DNA of 64,000 nucleotides from Lama glama (Eukaryota), in contig CM052818.1 of assembly GCA_028534125.1 (NCBI GenBank), forward strand, positions 12,340,001 through 12,404,000, given 5' to 3'. The notes under the pieces were generated by a model, which was not told the DNA's origin, made no database searches, and was given only the letters and a program-made list of their open reading frames with translations. Below, piece by piece: positions 1 through 13,150 of this stretch; within the stretch, counting starts at the first letter, position 1, and each line of letters starts with the position of its first letter. The translations under genes were made by a program, and so were the position numbers.

Positions 1-235
1 TCAGGAAGGCTTCCTGTCCACCTTCACCTCCTTCTCTGGATTCCCGCGGGTTTGTCACTAACAAGCCTATGCCGTCTGCTCTCGTCTCAGAGGGATTCGT
101 GTGCTTCTCATCTTCCTTCCTCTGTTGCGACCTCTTCAAAGGCAAGAACTCCTTTTTCTTGTGTTTGTCTCTCCTACGTTTTCTAACTTGATGCATTTCA
201 TATTGTAGGAGCTGAGATATTCATTAGATAGAATT
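1..235 (+). mobile_element. LINE L2 3' fragment (highly diverged)
   Basis: ctcttcaaaggcaagaact...catattgtaggagctgagatattcattagatagaat resembles the L2 3' terminus. Confidence 0.45.
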
Positions 236-1626
236 TTTGATGATCCAGGGAAAAAAGCACATTCTTTTAAAGTCACTTGACCTAATATTAACATAAAACT
301 ACATGACTACTTTGTTTATTTTATGAGAATAGGTTTTCCATGAGGTCCCATCAGGCAAAAGTATTTGAAATGAAGCAAAAATATTAGACAACAGAGTCTG
401 TTGTGGATTCAGTTTCTATCACACGCATATACCGAATGGTGCCCTTAGGTTATCTCTACTTGTGACCTACAAACCAGAATATAGCATGGTCCTTATAATA
501 ATTTTGATCAGTTTTTTGATAGCAGAGACTTTGTTATGGGACCGTGTAGACTAAAAATGCTTTCTCACATATCACACACATTTTCCCCCTGTCTTTTGGA
601 GGAAGAGTTGTTCCTGTGTCTTCCCATGATTAATGCCACCATCTGTGCATTTAAAAACCGAACCAAACAAAACCACATTCCTTTCTGTCTGTTCTGAGAC
701 TTAGCACCATAAAGTCTTTCTTCTCTTACTAGTTTTAAATTCTTCCCCGTCCACTGTTTCCTTCCAGCGCCCCCCCCCCCCAATGTGCTCAAGTTTTTAC
801 TTCAACCACAGTTTCCCTTGGTTACTATCATACTTTTGTTTTTTCCAGTGCCACCAAACTTCCTGAAGACCAAGTCTATCCTGGTTCCTCCAGTTCAGCA
901 TTTGTTCACTATGGTCAGGTTCTATGTTATCTCCCCACTGATCCTTCTTTTGAAAAGATCTTTCACTTTGTATGTCTAGGCATCTCTTTTCGTTTCTAAC
1001 GCAAATTCTTTGTGCTATTTTGAGAAAACCAATCAACTCTTTCAGGAAATTCTTCTTCCTTCTGGAATACTACTTTCTCACGATCCTTTTCTTTCTCTTT
1101 TTTAGTTTTCCTTTAATATGTATGCAGCATTGACTAGGTGCACTGTGTTAGACACAATGAGGAAACAAAAGCATAGACTATAACTGTCTAAAATTTAGTC
1201 TCAGTAGACAGACAAGCTGTATATTATGCGTAAAACATTATATAATAAAGTTCTATAGTTCAAAATAATTCTTATTTTGAATGGCTCTAATGTTTGAGCT
1301 ATTATGCTAAGTGTCTTAACTGGTACTCCTTTATTCAGAGGTTCCTCCCTCAAATTTATGCTTCTTCTATAAGTAGTTGAATTTTTCTAAAATTCTAAAA
1401 TATACTTCTAAAATGAGTTGAATTTTCTAAAAATATCATGGAGCATAGTGTTCTTAAAAGTATTTTCAACGGTTCTTCGGTAGTGCCATAAAGTCAGACT
1501 GTTCAACAATATCACAGCTCTCTATATTCTTTTGATATGTCTCTAGTGTCCTTGGACTGCTTGCTGTTTCTTAAATGCCCATGAGGCATTTTGCTTGATG
1601 CCTTTTCACTGTATTATTTTCTTTGC

Positions 1627-2146
1627 TGTGGAAGGCTGTCTCTAACATGGCCCCAGTGATCCCTACCTCCTAGTGTTCATAGCCTTGTATAAGCCCCTCA
1701 CCTTGGGTGTGGGCTGGATTTAGTGAATTTATTATAATGAAAAGAATATGGCAGAACTTGCATGATGTCAACTCTGAGATTAGATTATAAATATTGACTT
1801 TCTGCCTCTGGTCAACTTGCTTTCTGTCTTTGTCTCTGTCTCTCTTATATCTCTCACCCTGAGGTGCCTTGTCAAGGTATCCCCATGGAAAGAACCACAT
1901 AGCAGTGGACTAAGGCTAACTAATATCCACGTGAATGATCTTGGAAGTGAAAACTTCCAGATGAGACTGCAGCTCCAGCCAACAGCTTGACTGCAGTCTA
2001 ATGAGATACCTTGAGTCAGAGACATTGAACTAAACTGCACCCAGATTCCTAATGCACAGAAACTGTGAGATAATCAATGAAAGTTTGTTGCTTTAAGTCA
2101 TGGAATTCTGAGATCATTTGTTATGCTGCATTAGATAACTAATACA
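1627..2146 (+). mobile_element. MaLR solo LTR, MLT1E/MLT1F-like
   Basis: Starts TG; catggccccagtgatccctacctcctagtgttcat, gggtgtgggctggatttagtga and ccagatgagactgcagctccagccaacagcttgactgcag; ends with the MLT1 terminus ttgttatgctgcattagataactaataca. Confidence 0.85.
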
Positions 2147-2444
2147 CCTGCTTAAAACAGTCTTCCACCTTCTTTAGCCATTAATTGATTGATTTTTCCC
2201 TCTTGCTGAAGGTTTGTAAAACCATAAAATGTAAACTTGTGGCTGTCTAAGTGATGTGTGCAGCCCCAACCCTGTCTTCTTGGGCACAGCAGCCTCACGT
2301 CTTCCTCATTGGATTACCTTGGTTCTCTCCACACACCCAGTGCAAACTCTGCCTACTCACGACCTGCTGAAAATGTTTCCTTCTTCATCTGTACACCTAT
2401 AATATTTAGTTGATGGCTTTCATTGTTCCTTATCACCTTCTTAC

Positions 2445-2570
2445 TTGGTTACTGAGAAGATAAATATCTTTAAGGGTAGCAACTGTTTCATATGTTTCCG
2501 TGGCTCCTACAAAACTTAGCACAATTCTCTGAACGTGGTAGGAGTTGATGCGTATCTGTTGAGCAAATAT
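2445..2570 (+). mobile_element. LINE L2 3' end fragment
   Basis: cttagcacaattctctgaacgtggtaggagttgatgcgtatctgttgagc matches the L2 3' tail pattern. Confidence 0.5.
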
Positions 2571-5500
2571 AATCATCAAAATAAGTGTCCAGGGTAATAA
2601 TTGTCATAGAATGAACAATCATTTCAAATGTTCTGGTAAAGCTTTTTTTAAAAAAATGATAGAGAAGGGTGGCAGGGTCACACTGGATGGATGAAATTGC
2701 ACAGAGACTGGAAAACACAGAGCTCGTGAGACCAGTTAACAACTGGGCAGTAGGCAACAAGAGTTCTGCTGGACGTTTCAGCTTTGGATACAAGAGCTTG
2801 TACTCCTATGTTCTCCATGAGGCAGACACATGGGAAAATGTGGGCCAGCTGAACCTAATATAGCACATAGTATATGTTTACTAAACATTTCAACTTGAAA
2901 ATGTAAGCTGAGGAATGATTTTGTGGGTTTTAGCTGGTAAGCTTTAAGCTTTATAAGTAATTTGAAAGCCCCAAAAGCACTGGAGCAAGAATATAGCCCT
3001 GTTTAAGTGATTTAGTTAGATTATGCAGGTAACAATCTATATAAGTAGATAGAGGGACTATGATGAATGAGAATAACTAGGAGTTAACTAGTTGAGTTCT
3101 GAGCTTATAAACTGAATAGATCTTCAGCTTGGCATCCTATTTCTAAAATCCGAGTAAGGTCTCTTAAACAATAGACTCTTTTGAAATGTATCATTAAAAT
3201 ACAGAATTTTAAATCACTTGATCCTTATAACTACAACTGAATTCCTTGGGTAGGCCTAAGGAGACAGCTGTTTTACTTCTACACTCTTTCTTTTAGAAGG
3301 GAGATGATAAATTGATAATTCCAATCTTTTTATTGTTGGCCAATAAGCCTGTAGAGGTTGCATGTACAATGGGAAATACATACATGAGACCAGCTGAAAC
3401 CTGACACAATACTTATGCCCTATGATAAGCCTTTTGAAAACTCATAGTATCATGAAGTCTTTGAGAGATCACAGGTTGTCAGGATGTTATAGAGTGGAAG
3501 GATTCATTGAAAATAATCCTGTATTGAGATTTTGCATGACACAAGGGGGAAGCTATTCCAGATGATCACAGTCTATGATGTCATGGAGTTTGCTGTCGAG
3601 TAGGAAAGGACTGGGGACAACCAATTGGATTTATCTAGTTCTTGGCCTCAGTAGCCCATAACGTGGGGATAAACTTTAGTCAAAAGTTCTATCAGCTGTA
3701 ATACTTCACTGATGCTTTCAATAATGAGGACAACGAGGAAGAGAAATACACAGGCAAAAGGTGAAAGAGAATGAGGAGTGGATAAAGGACAACTAGAGAG
3801 ATGAAATGAAAATGAGAAAGAGGTGCCTAACGCACAGGAGGGGAGACGAACAAAGACAAGGTCCAAGTGTGAGAGTGACAGGGACCAATGTGGACCCAAG
3901 GGCAAGAACAGAATGAAAAAAAAGCAGTAGAAAATATAACCAGTGAAAAAATGAGCCAGACCGAAGGAAGAACGAACTGATCCATGATTAAAAGAAGGAA
4001 ATGAAAGTAAAGGGTGAAAGGAGAAAAGACTATATTTAGTGTTTAAATAGTACTTTCCCTTTTCAGAAAGCTTTATAAATGTTAACTAATTAACCCTCAT
4101 TCCAGTCCTGGGCATAAGCATTATTATCATAGTTATTATTATTAATAAGTGAATGTAAAAGGGGTCAGAACGGGTTAGACACACAAAGCTTTAAAATTTT
4201 ATCCATGTATTTTATTTCTCTGACGTGAAAGCGGTAGCTGGAAGGAAAGTTTTGTTTCAAATTCTTGCAAATCCATTGTTGCTAGATGAGAGCAGCGTTT
4301 ATTTTTCTTCCCTCCTCTTCATGACCTTAGGCCAAAGCATCTGAAGATTTAGTCTCTGCATCTGGCTATCAATAATTCTTCACCTGCAACGCATCTTTGA
4401 TGATGGGACCCAAGAGCTTTGAGTTCAGGACTTTTGATTGACAGGATGATTAGTGGTATTATTGCTAAGAACAATGTGTAACTAACTTCTCCTGAATACA
4501 GTTGAATTACAACATGGCAGTAGAAACCAGTTGCATGGTTTGTGGTAGCCACACAACCTGCATGGGGTTTGTTTTGGACCCTTTCACTTTGATCCCACTG
4601 AGACAGGATGGAAACTCTTCATTCAGGAACAGTTTTCAGTTGTTTCGTCTTGCTAATCACACTCTTGCTTTTCTGGAGGGAAAATATTAGAAAACGGATT
4701 GAATAAATCTTTGCATGTACATAGTGGAATTCACTTTTTATTCCAGTTAGTGTGAGCAAACAATCGCATGCCTATAATAATGTAAATTTTGCTTTCATTA
4801 TGATCCTGCCTCCACACGCTAATTACACTGCAGATACAAAGTCTGTCGATTTTCCTTCTCTAGAGCGATAAAGGAGACTGCTGGGTAAAAAAGAGCCACC
4901 AGTCATGTTTATTTCAGGGAATCATCAGCCTCTTGCAAAATCGTCCGTGTTTCAAACGTGAATTTCAACATGGATTTAGGTAATAATAAAATAAAAACGT
5001 GACAGTGATGATATATATATATTTGGAGGAGGGTCACCAATAAAGTGTACATTTGAGGTCAAAACTGTTTGACTCCATAATTCAGTTTCACTCCCACCTC
5101 TATTTCTTAGCCAAATAAATGTATTTCATACAGATTGATTTTCTTCTGCCTTGGTGCACAGTACTTGCCATTCACTTCTAGACATAGAATTCCCTAATCT
5201 TCACATAGTGCTCTTCAAAAACACTTGCAGTTGTAAATTCACATGTAAAAACATTATTGTGTAATTCGTTATGCTCTTCTTCTTCACTATCTCTTCAATG
5301 TGAAGCAAATCAGACAAATATTCCATTTACTGAATTTGAAAGGTAAAGATGCATTATTAACTAATTGGCCACTTAATTTAGGTAAGAATATCTTTATCTG
5401 TTTTCATATATCTTTAGGATCTCCTTGAGACACTTTACACAATTTTTAGATTACAAAAAAGGAAACCTACCTTCACTAGTACCATATTCTTTTACTCTAA

Positions 5501-8014
5501 AATAGTAAAACAAATATGTCAAGGTTAATAAAATAAAACTGTAAATGCGTTTCATGTATTCCCACAAAATTAAGATTATTCTAGAGATAATCATCACTTG
5601 AAATCATATATACTGGATCCTGCAAACTTTATAAAGGAATTTTGTTAATTTCAAAACTCAGTTCTCTCGGCTTCTTAATGTATGCATTTTATTTCACTTG
5701 GTTTCAAGATCATCACCTTCATAGTTTTCTAGACATTACCAGAGACAGCACTGAAAATTTATAATTATACTCAAATAATTATAATTTTTAAATGTGTAAA
5801 GTTCCTCCTTTCAGGATTTGATAGGAAAGCAAGATGATCCCTCTTTTCTCTGTTAGTGCCAAGTGTTTATGTGTGTGTGTGTATGTATAGGCTGAGAAGT
5901 GAAAAAAATAATTGTGGTTAAATAACTCTTCATGATTTCTTTATGTTACTATCCTCACAGAATCACTGTGATCCCAGAAAGTCTTGTTTATATTCAACAA
6001 ACTTTCCTAAAACAATTTATTATAAAAAAGTGGTTTCAGAGTTTGTATTTTATGTTTGTCACTTTTTAAAGAAAATATATGCATAAGATAAATTATATGT
6101 GTGTATATACATATACATATATTAGTTTATATATATGAGAGAGTGAGCATAATTTTGTGGGTCTGTTGTGTCCACCAAGAATACATAATCTTTGTAAGGT
6201 ATAAATCAATGTGTATGATAGTTAGAAGGAAATTTGAAATGCCAAACTGCATGATACCCCATTACAGAATTTGAGAGAAGAAAAGGTAAAGGTTAGATTG
6301 ATGTAGTTAGTCTCTCAAGGCATCCCAGAGGAGCTACACCCACAATTTTAGTCACATGATATTTTAATAAATACTGGAAATAACGCATTTTAAAATAGCA
6401 CATGCATATAGAACCAGTAAACTGAACTGTTTCGTGTGTCACGAGCAGCAGACAGCCTCTGCAGACATGCCTACCTGAGAAGGCAGGACATTTCCTGTGT
6501 AGTCTTGGTACGATAGGTAACAGACCTGTGTCTTACTAAACTGACCGAGTATATTTAGCTTAGGAAGCTGCTTCGGGAACAATCTCTGTAGTTCTACACA
6601 TTCCAGAACTTTGCACAATGTCTTTTCTTCCAAAATCTTATTTAATGAGATGTGAATCAGAAAGTCTATTTTCATTAAAAAAATCACTAAATCTGAGAAT
6701 CTCTGTTAGAAAAAAAAAGGACAGTAGGATAAGAGATGTTGGTACCATAATTAGTTAATTAGAGAGTTTATTTTTTAAATATATCTCCACATATCTTATG
6801 AAAACTTAAAGACGAACCTCAGGATTTATATTTGAATGAAACTTGAAGTATATTTATTTTTTCCAGAGAGGAAAAGAACAGATATATCATGAATGATATT
6901 TTCCAAATAATACTAATGAAATGAAATTAGTGAAAGTCAGTTGACCTCTACCTTAAAAAGTAGTAAATAAGGCCAAGAAGTCTGCGTTTACTTTCATTTA
7001 TTTAAGAGGATACAAGCATATCATGACCTATCAAGGAAAATAAGGTGATACCTTCTTGAGGTTATAATTTTTCCTAATTCAAAAATTGAGCATTAAAGAC
7101 AGAATAACAGTGCTGTATATAATACAGAACAAATGATTTTGCAGGAATGAGGAGGTGGGTTTACAATTGTTTGTTTCGTCTTGAGTTGCCATCCCCAGCA
7201 AAGAAGGGACTCCCATCATGACATTTCTAGAATTAGGTCTTCTAAACTGGTGTGATAAGTGGAAATATTTTTCTCTCCTGAAAGAATATGTAAGGTGCTC
7301 TTTCCCCGGCAAGAATATGGAAACTTGAAATGTACTATTTTTTCCCAGCAAGTAACCATCTATCATTAGGCAGCTTCAGACTAAAAAGTCTTATTCTGAA
7401 TATCAATTCCTGGAGACTGTATAACTCTCAATTATGGAATCTGAAACTGCTGGGTCCACAATGATAAAGGAACACGCTGTTTGAAAGACCACAATTTGTT
7501 TGCAACTGATCAATATACTGTTTGGGAAGAAACCTCGATGTGCCGTGTGATTTAGAGAGCCTCCTACATAAAGATTCTACACAAATCTCAAATCAGGTTG
7601 TTGTTTGTAAGTTTTCCTTTGGCCTGTCTGTCCATTTTTCAGAGACACCCAAACATTTTCTGAATAGATAGAAGACTTTTCTGGAGTTTTCAGAAAAAAG
7701 GGCGATCATTTGTGGCTAAATATATCTACTCTCTGCTCCTCCATGCAGCTTGCTGACATTGTGTGTCCTGTCCTGAAACGGAGGCTTGTATGAAGACTTT
7801 GAACATCTCGCAGGCCAGGAGCATGCACGTGCTTTAACTGTAAGTAACATTTGTCAAGCCTGAGCTTTAGAAAGTTTGCATACCATTTAACTCATTGTTT
7901 TAGTCAAAAGGAGAACGTCCTGCTTACTGTGCATCCAGGGTTGTTGTTGAAATACGAGTACTAAGTATGAATCCAGATTGTTCCTATTTTTTTAAGATGG
8001 TTTCTTTTAAAATT

Positions 8015-8120
8015 TTTCTACCTGAGAATATGGAAGTTCAGAGAAGTGAAATAAAATACTCTAGGTAACATACTTAAGAAAGTACCAGAGCCAAGGTTCG
8101 AACCTGGTTTTGATCGTTTG
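8015..8120 (-). mobile_element. MIR SINE fragment
   Basis: gaagttcagagaagtgaaataa...ccagagccaaggttcgaacctgg is the antisense MIR core and tRNA-like part. Confidence 0.6.
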
Positions 8121-9298
8121 AAGGCCCATTGGAGGGGCCTTGCTATCAAGACACGTAAGGCCCAGTGCCCAGTGTGAGCTAATCATCTGTTATATATTCC
8201 ACACGCATCCCATTTTGTGAAGCGTGTTAAGTCGCGGAAAGAAGGACATGATGATGAGTTTCCATCAATGTAAATTTCACCAGTTTTGCCAAAGCCACAG
8301 AAGCAAGGTGACTTTGATGGCGTTTTCGTTCACATAGATTCAAATCTGAATGGTTGTTTAATTTCCTTGCGATGCTTGGCTGATCTGGAAAGAATGCATA
8401 TCATGTTGCTGAGGGAGTTTGGATGACAAAAACAGGGTGAGGACCAGGGGGAAAGACCAGGGAGAGCGGGAAACAGAGAAAAGGAAATCCTCACTGCATG
8501 CCCTTGGAGAGAATCACCTGGGCTCCTAAGCAATATGAATGGAATGAAGAGAATTTGACCAAAAAAAAAAAAATTTTTTTTATTTGGGTTTTTCCCTTAC
8601 TTAAATTAGGGCCATCTGAATGGCTGACTGAATAAGGGGTCAAGGAGAAAAGGGTGGCAACATTACGAAACCTTTTCTCTTTATTACATTCTTAGGTGCT
8701 TTTGCAGTTTCTCAGCACACCTCATTAGGAGGTAGCAAAGTTGTGAGTTAGCCTCAGAAATTTCTACGCATACCCATTTGAAGGAAGATGACTGTTTATT
8801 TGGGCAAAGCTCCTGGGGTCACTGCTTTTGTATGTGTTGCCTAAACCTGTGCTGACAGGGCACCGTGAGCCCTCGGGGCCAACCCCCTCGACCTGTGTGA
8901 CTTTTACTGAGACCAGGTGGGAATGCTGAACGCTCGGCCAGGCTGCTGGCTTGAAGCTACTTGGCCGTAACTTAATATTCCTTAGCGAAGCTTGTTTTGG
9001 GCTTATGAACCGTGGGAGGGCTCGGTTGCTCTTTCACAATTCCAGCCACAGACATTTTCAACCCTCCTTGGAACACAAGAAGGGTGGAGGAGGTGGTGAG
9101 GCCTGAGGCAAGCCTGCTGTCTGGTGAGACGCACAATTTCCCTTCACCAAGGCTCCAATTACTCCTTTTGAGTGTGTGGGTCATTCTCAGGGAATGGAAA
9201 TATGTTTTCAGTGGAATTTGGTTGTGTGAACTGCTGGCCTGGAGTTCACACATCTCTCAGAGGCCAGGTAGGTAAAGTGTCTGTCTCTCGTGGAGTTG

Positions 9299-9317
9299 GA
9301 GCGCCCTCTGCTGCCCT
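9299..9317 (-). promoter_or_regulatory. CTCF-like binding motif
   Basis: Minus strand AGGGCAGCAGAGGGCGCTC fits the core CCASYAGRKGGCRS at 13/14 positions, with the CpG retained. Confidence 0.5.
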
Positions 9318-9854
9318 GGAGAAGAAGATGCACCTCCTGCCGGGCTCTTCTTGCCAGCCCTTTCCTCCAGGTACCCAACACCTCCAGAATGCTCCCTTAG
9401 AAAACCAGCTGCCCTCAGTGGATCACTAAGCATCTGGTCTCACTCAACTGTGGGGCCTTTGGCTTTTTCAAGGAAATTTCATTGAGGCTGAGCATGCAGC
9501 CAGGCTAGAACCCACGTGGAAGTTCGCTTTTTCTGGTCATGAGGTGTGACATAAACAGCTGTTTCAAACTGATAGGTATTTGGCTTATTTTTCACGACCG
9601 TAAGTGCCACCATGAAATATGTGTTTGTGCGTGTGATCAGACTTTCCCTAGATGTCTGGGAGGCTTCAATATTGTTATTTCAGATTTGGAGGTTTCTGTG
9701 TATTTTCTTTTGAAATGTGTTTTTACATTTAAAATAGACGTTGAAAAATGTTCTTTGTGGCAAATTCAAGATTATTTTAAAACCGCTTCTTGCTTTACTT
9801 TCTAATGTATTTTAACACTGTGCAGTGAAATGTCTTATTTTCATATGGTCCTAT

Positions 9855-10020
9855 AATTTACAAGCACTTTCTCATCATCTCATTTAAGCATCACGGCGAC
9901 CCCGTGATGTAGGCTACATAGTTCCCACTTTATAGACAGAAGATCAAGTCCAAAGTCATACCCAGTCATCCAAGTGGTATCAGAGGTGAGAACTGTGTCG
10001 GCTCTTGTGCTGAGCTCTAG
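9855..10020 (-). mobile_element. MIR SINE fragment
   Basis: atttacaagcactttc...catctcatttaagcatcac...cccactttatagacagaag matches antisense MIR. Confidence 0.6.
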
Positions 10021-10029
10021 GATAAGAGT

Positions 10030-10260
10030 AATAGTGAACAGTTATTTAATGCCTCCCATTTGCGATCACTGTAGTTGTGTGTGTGTGTGTTTCATGCATT
10101 GCTTATTTATTTTTCGCATCAATCCAAAAGGTAGATACTATTATAGATGTCATTTGATAGATGTGGAAATAGAGGCTTTGAGAAGTTACTAATAACTAGT
10201 CAAATAGACAGTAGTGAAAAACCTGGCTTTCAAACCCTGGTCCATTGACTCCAGGGCCCC
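10030..10260 (-). mobile_element. MIR SINE (near full length)
   Basis: gtagatactattat...catttgatagatgtggaaatagaggctttgagaagtta...ttcaaaccctggtccattgactccagggcc. Confidence 0.7.
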
Positions 10261-10480
10261 TGATGTGTGGACAGTGTTTTATGTAGAGAGAAATAAGACA
10301 TAATCCCTGGCCTCAAGCAGTTGAGAGTAGTTTTTGTGTGTGTGTGGTAAAATATCCATAATATAAAATTTACCATTTTAACCATTTTTAGGTGTAAATT
10401 TCAGTGGCATTAAGTACATTCACATTGTTGCGTAACCATCACTGCCATCCACCTCCAGCGCTTTTTCTTCTTCCCAAACT

Positions 10481-10521
10481 GAAACTCAGTACCTGTTAAA
10501 CAATAACAGGTACTGAGTTTC
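10481..10521. repeat. Perfect 18-bp inverted repeat with 5-nt loop
   Basis: gaaactcagtacctgtta-aacaa-taacaggtactgagtttc. Confidence 0.95.
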
Positions 10522-11008
10522 CTCCAGCCTTTCGTAACCACCATTTTATTTTTTTTGTCTCTATGAATTAGACTATTCTAGGCACTTCATATAAGTGAAA
10601 CGGTCCAGTATTTGTCCTCTCGTGTCTCGATTATTTCACTTAGCGAAATGTCTTCAAAGTTCATTCATATTGTAGCGTGTGTTAGAATTTCATTCATTTC
10701 TAAGGCTGAATGATTTTCCGTTGTGTGGCTATGCCGCATTTTGTTGATCTAGTCACTCCTTGATGGACCTTTGGAATATTTTCTCCTTTTGACTGTTGTG
10801 AATAGCACGCTATGATGCAAACATCTGTTTGCATTTCTGCTTTCAGTTACTTTGGGTATATACACGAAGTAGGGTTGCTGAATCATATAGTAATACTATG
10901 TGTAAATTTTTGATGAACCACCGCTGTTTTTTGCAGTGGCCACACCATTTAACATTCCCACCAACAAAGCACAGGGCTCTAATTTCTCCACATCCTTGCC
11001 AACCCTTG

Positions 11009-11140
11009 TTTTCTTCTTTTTCTTCTTCTTCTTCTCCTCCTCCTGTTCCTCCTCTTCCTCTTCCTCCTCCTCCCCCCACTCTTCCTCCTTCTTCTCCTCC
11101 CTCTTCTTTTCCTCCTTCTTCTTCTTCTTTTTTTTTTTTT
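11009..11140 (+). repeat. (TTC)n/(TCC)n compound microsatellite and polypyrimidine tract
   Basis: About 130 bp of C/T with only two purines, ending in a T run, inside the L1. Confidence 0.95.
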
Positions 11141-12759
11141 GGATAGTACCCATTCCAATACCCATTTCAGTATATATGAGGTATCTCCTGGTTTTTATTT
11201 GCATTTTCCTAATGATTAGTGAAGTTCAGAATCTTTTCATGTGCTTATTGATCATCTATATATCTTCTATGGAGAAATGTCTCTTTAAGTCCTTTAACTA
11301 TTTCTTAATTGGGTTTTCTTTTGTTGTTGAGTTGCATGAGTTCTTTATATGTTCTGGATATTAGTCCCTTATCATATATATGACGTGCAATTATTTTCTC
11401 TTTTACTCTGTTGATAGTGTCCTTTGATGCATAATTTTTGTTTTTACATTTTGATGAAGTCTAATTTATCTTTTTTTTTCTTTCATTGTCTGTGCTTTTG
11501 TTCTCAAATTCAAGAAACCCAATGTCATGAAACTTTTCTCCTATATTTTCTTCTAAGGGTTTTATACTTTTAGTTCTTCCATTTAGGTGTTTGATCTATT
11601 TGGAGTTAATTTTTGTATGTAATGTAAGGTAAACATTGAACTTCATTTTTTTCTCTTTTTTTTTTTGCATGGAGATAATCCGGTTTTCCTAACACTATTT
11701 GTTGAAAAGACTATCCTTTCCCATTGAGTGGTCTTGGCACTCTTATTGAAAATAATTTGACCGTATATATGAGGGTTTATTTCTGAGCTCTCTACTCTAT
11801 CCATTGGTCTACATGTCAGTCTGTATGGTGGTACTACATTGTATTGATTACTGCATCTTTGTTTGAAGTTTTGAAATCTGAAAGTGTGCACCCTCCAATT
11901 TTGTTCATTTTCAAGCTTGACTATTTGAGATCCTTTGAGACTCCACGAATTTTAGGTTGAATTTTTCTATTTATGCAAAAAAAATCATTGGGATTCTGAT
12001 AGAGGTTGCATTGAATCTATAGATTTCTTTGAGCAGTACTGACATTTTAACATTCTTTGTCTCCTTGGGTAAGTTTATTCCTAAATATTTTATTCTTTTA
12101 GATGCTATCATAAATGAGACTGTTTTCTTAATTTTCTTTTTGTATTGTTCATTGTTAGGGTATAGAAATGCAGTTGATTTTTGCATGTTGGTTTTGTATC
12201 CTACAACAAGTTTGCAGTTTTTAACTTGAACCCAGATCTTTTAACACCATGTCCCATGTACTTCCTACTATTTTACTGTAGTCAACATATGAAAAATGAT
12301 TATTAATTTCTACTACACAGAAATGTTCTTATAAAATGACAGTTTTTACCGAAGTTTGTTCTCCCTTGAGTTTTTTCATGGAATTCATTCTGTCGGTAAT
12401 TTACTTAATGAAAAAGAAAATCAATCTCGTTTTCCTTGTTGATATGTAATACATAGAGCTGATGATCTGAATGACAAATTTGAATTTCCAAATACACAAA
12501 TTATTCGATATTATATTGACACAGCTATAGTTCTCAGAGTTTTTATCTGTACAAAGAAATTTAAAATAGGTCCTTATTCATTGCATTCAGTAGTCCTAAC
12601 AGTTGAACTATAATTTTCCAATTCAAGTGGACTTCGGGAATATAGTTTATGCTGTTTAATTGCCTGTTCAGCTAGGTTATAGGGCCAGTACCAGTTTAAG
12701 AAACAGACAGCCTTAATATTTTGACTAGCATCTAACAAGCATGACACACACACAAACAC

Positions 12760-13150
12760 CATAAACCAATTTCACTTACGAATACAGATGCCAAAATGTG
12801 AAATGCAGGGTTATCAGATTCTAATTATTTTAAATAAAATCTGTACCAAATACAGCCTAGTCTAGTAATTTAAGGATATGATCTATGATCATGACTCATC
12901 ACATCATATGGTCATAAGGAAAAAAAAAACTTGTGAAAATTCTCCGATAAATGAAGAAGAGGCATTTATAAATGCAACATATACTTATGAATCAAAAAAT
13001 ACTTTCAATGAACTAGAGATATGGTGCCTCTTTCACAGGATAAAAATGTGTGTTTAAAACTAACAGCCAATATCCACTTAGTAGAAAAGTCAGAAGAATG
13101 CTTTCTGTCACCTCCATTATCCATCATAATTCTGAAAGTTCTAATCAATA
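12760..13150 (+). mobile_element. Ancient L1 ORF2 (RT region) fragment
   Basis: ataaaccaatttcacttacgaatacagatgccaaaat (RPISLMNIDAK-like) and gataaatgaagaagaggcatttataaatgcaacat (DAEKAFDKIQH-like). Confidence 0.6.

Larger units (their letters stand above)
10335..12210 (-). mobile_element. LINE-1 (L1MB-like) 3' UTR plus ORF2 3' end, 5'-truncated and decayed
   Basis: Antisense L1MB 3' end (ataaaatttaccattttaaccatttttaggtgt...cagtggcattaagtacattcacattgttg); minus-strand ORFs give L1 ORF2p-like peptides ([45 protein letters not shown]). Confidence 0.92.

Noticed and set aside
1375..1435. Short direct repeat agttgaattttctaaaa; also small repeats near 23684 and 34250
   Set aside because: These are ordinary local slippage duplications with only two copies; not CRISPR-like or an array.
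7749..7839. Plus-strand exon-like segment (cag|...|gtaagt)
   Set aside because: It has stops in all frames, a weak exonic donor context and no other support.
9223..9252. 10-bp stem tgtgtgaact/agttcacaca; similar 9-10 bp stems at 33947-33971 and 52468-52519
   Set aside because: About one to a few stems of this length are expected by chance in 64 kb.
10829..11364. Overlapping ORFs rich in Pro/Ser/Phe or Glu/Lys
   Set aside because: They arise from the (TTC/TCC)n microsatellite inside an L1 and are not genes.
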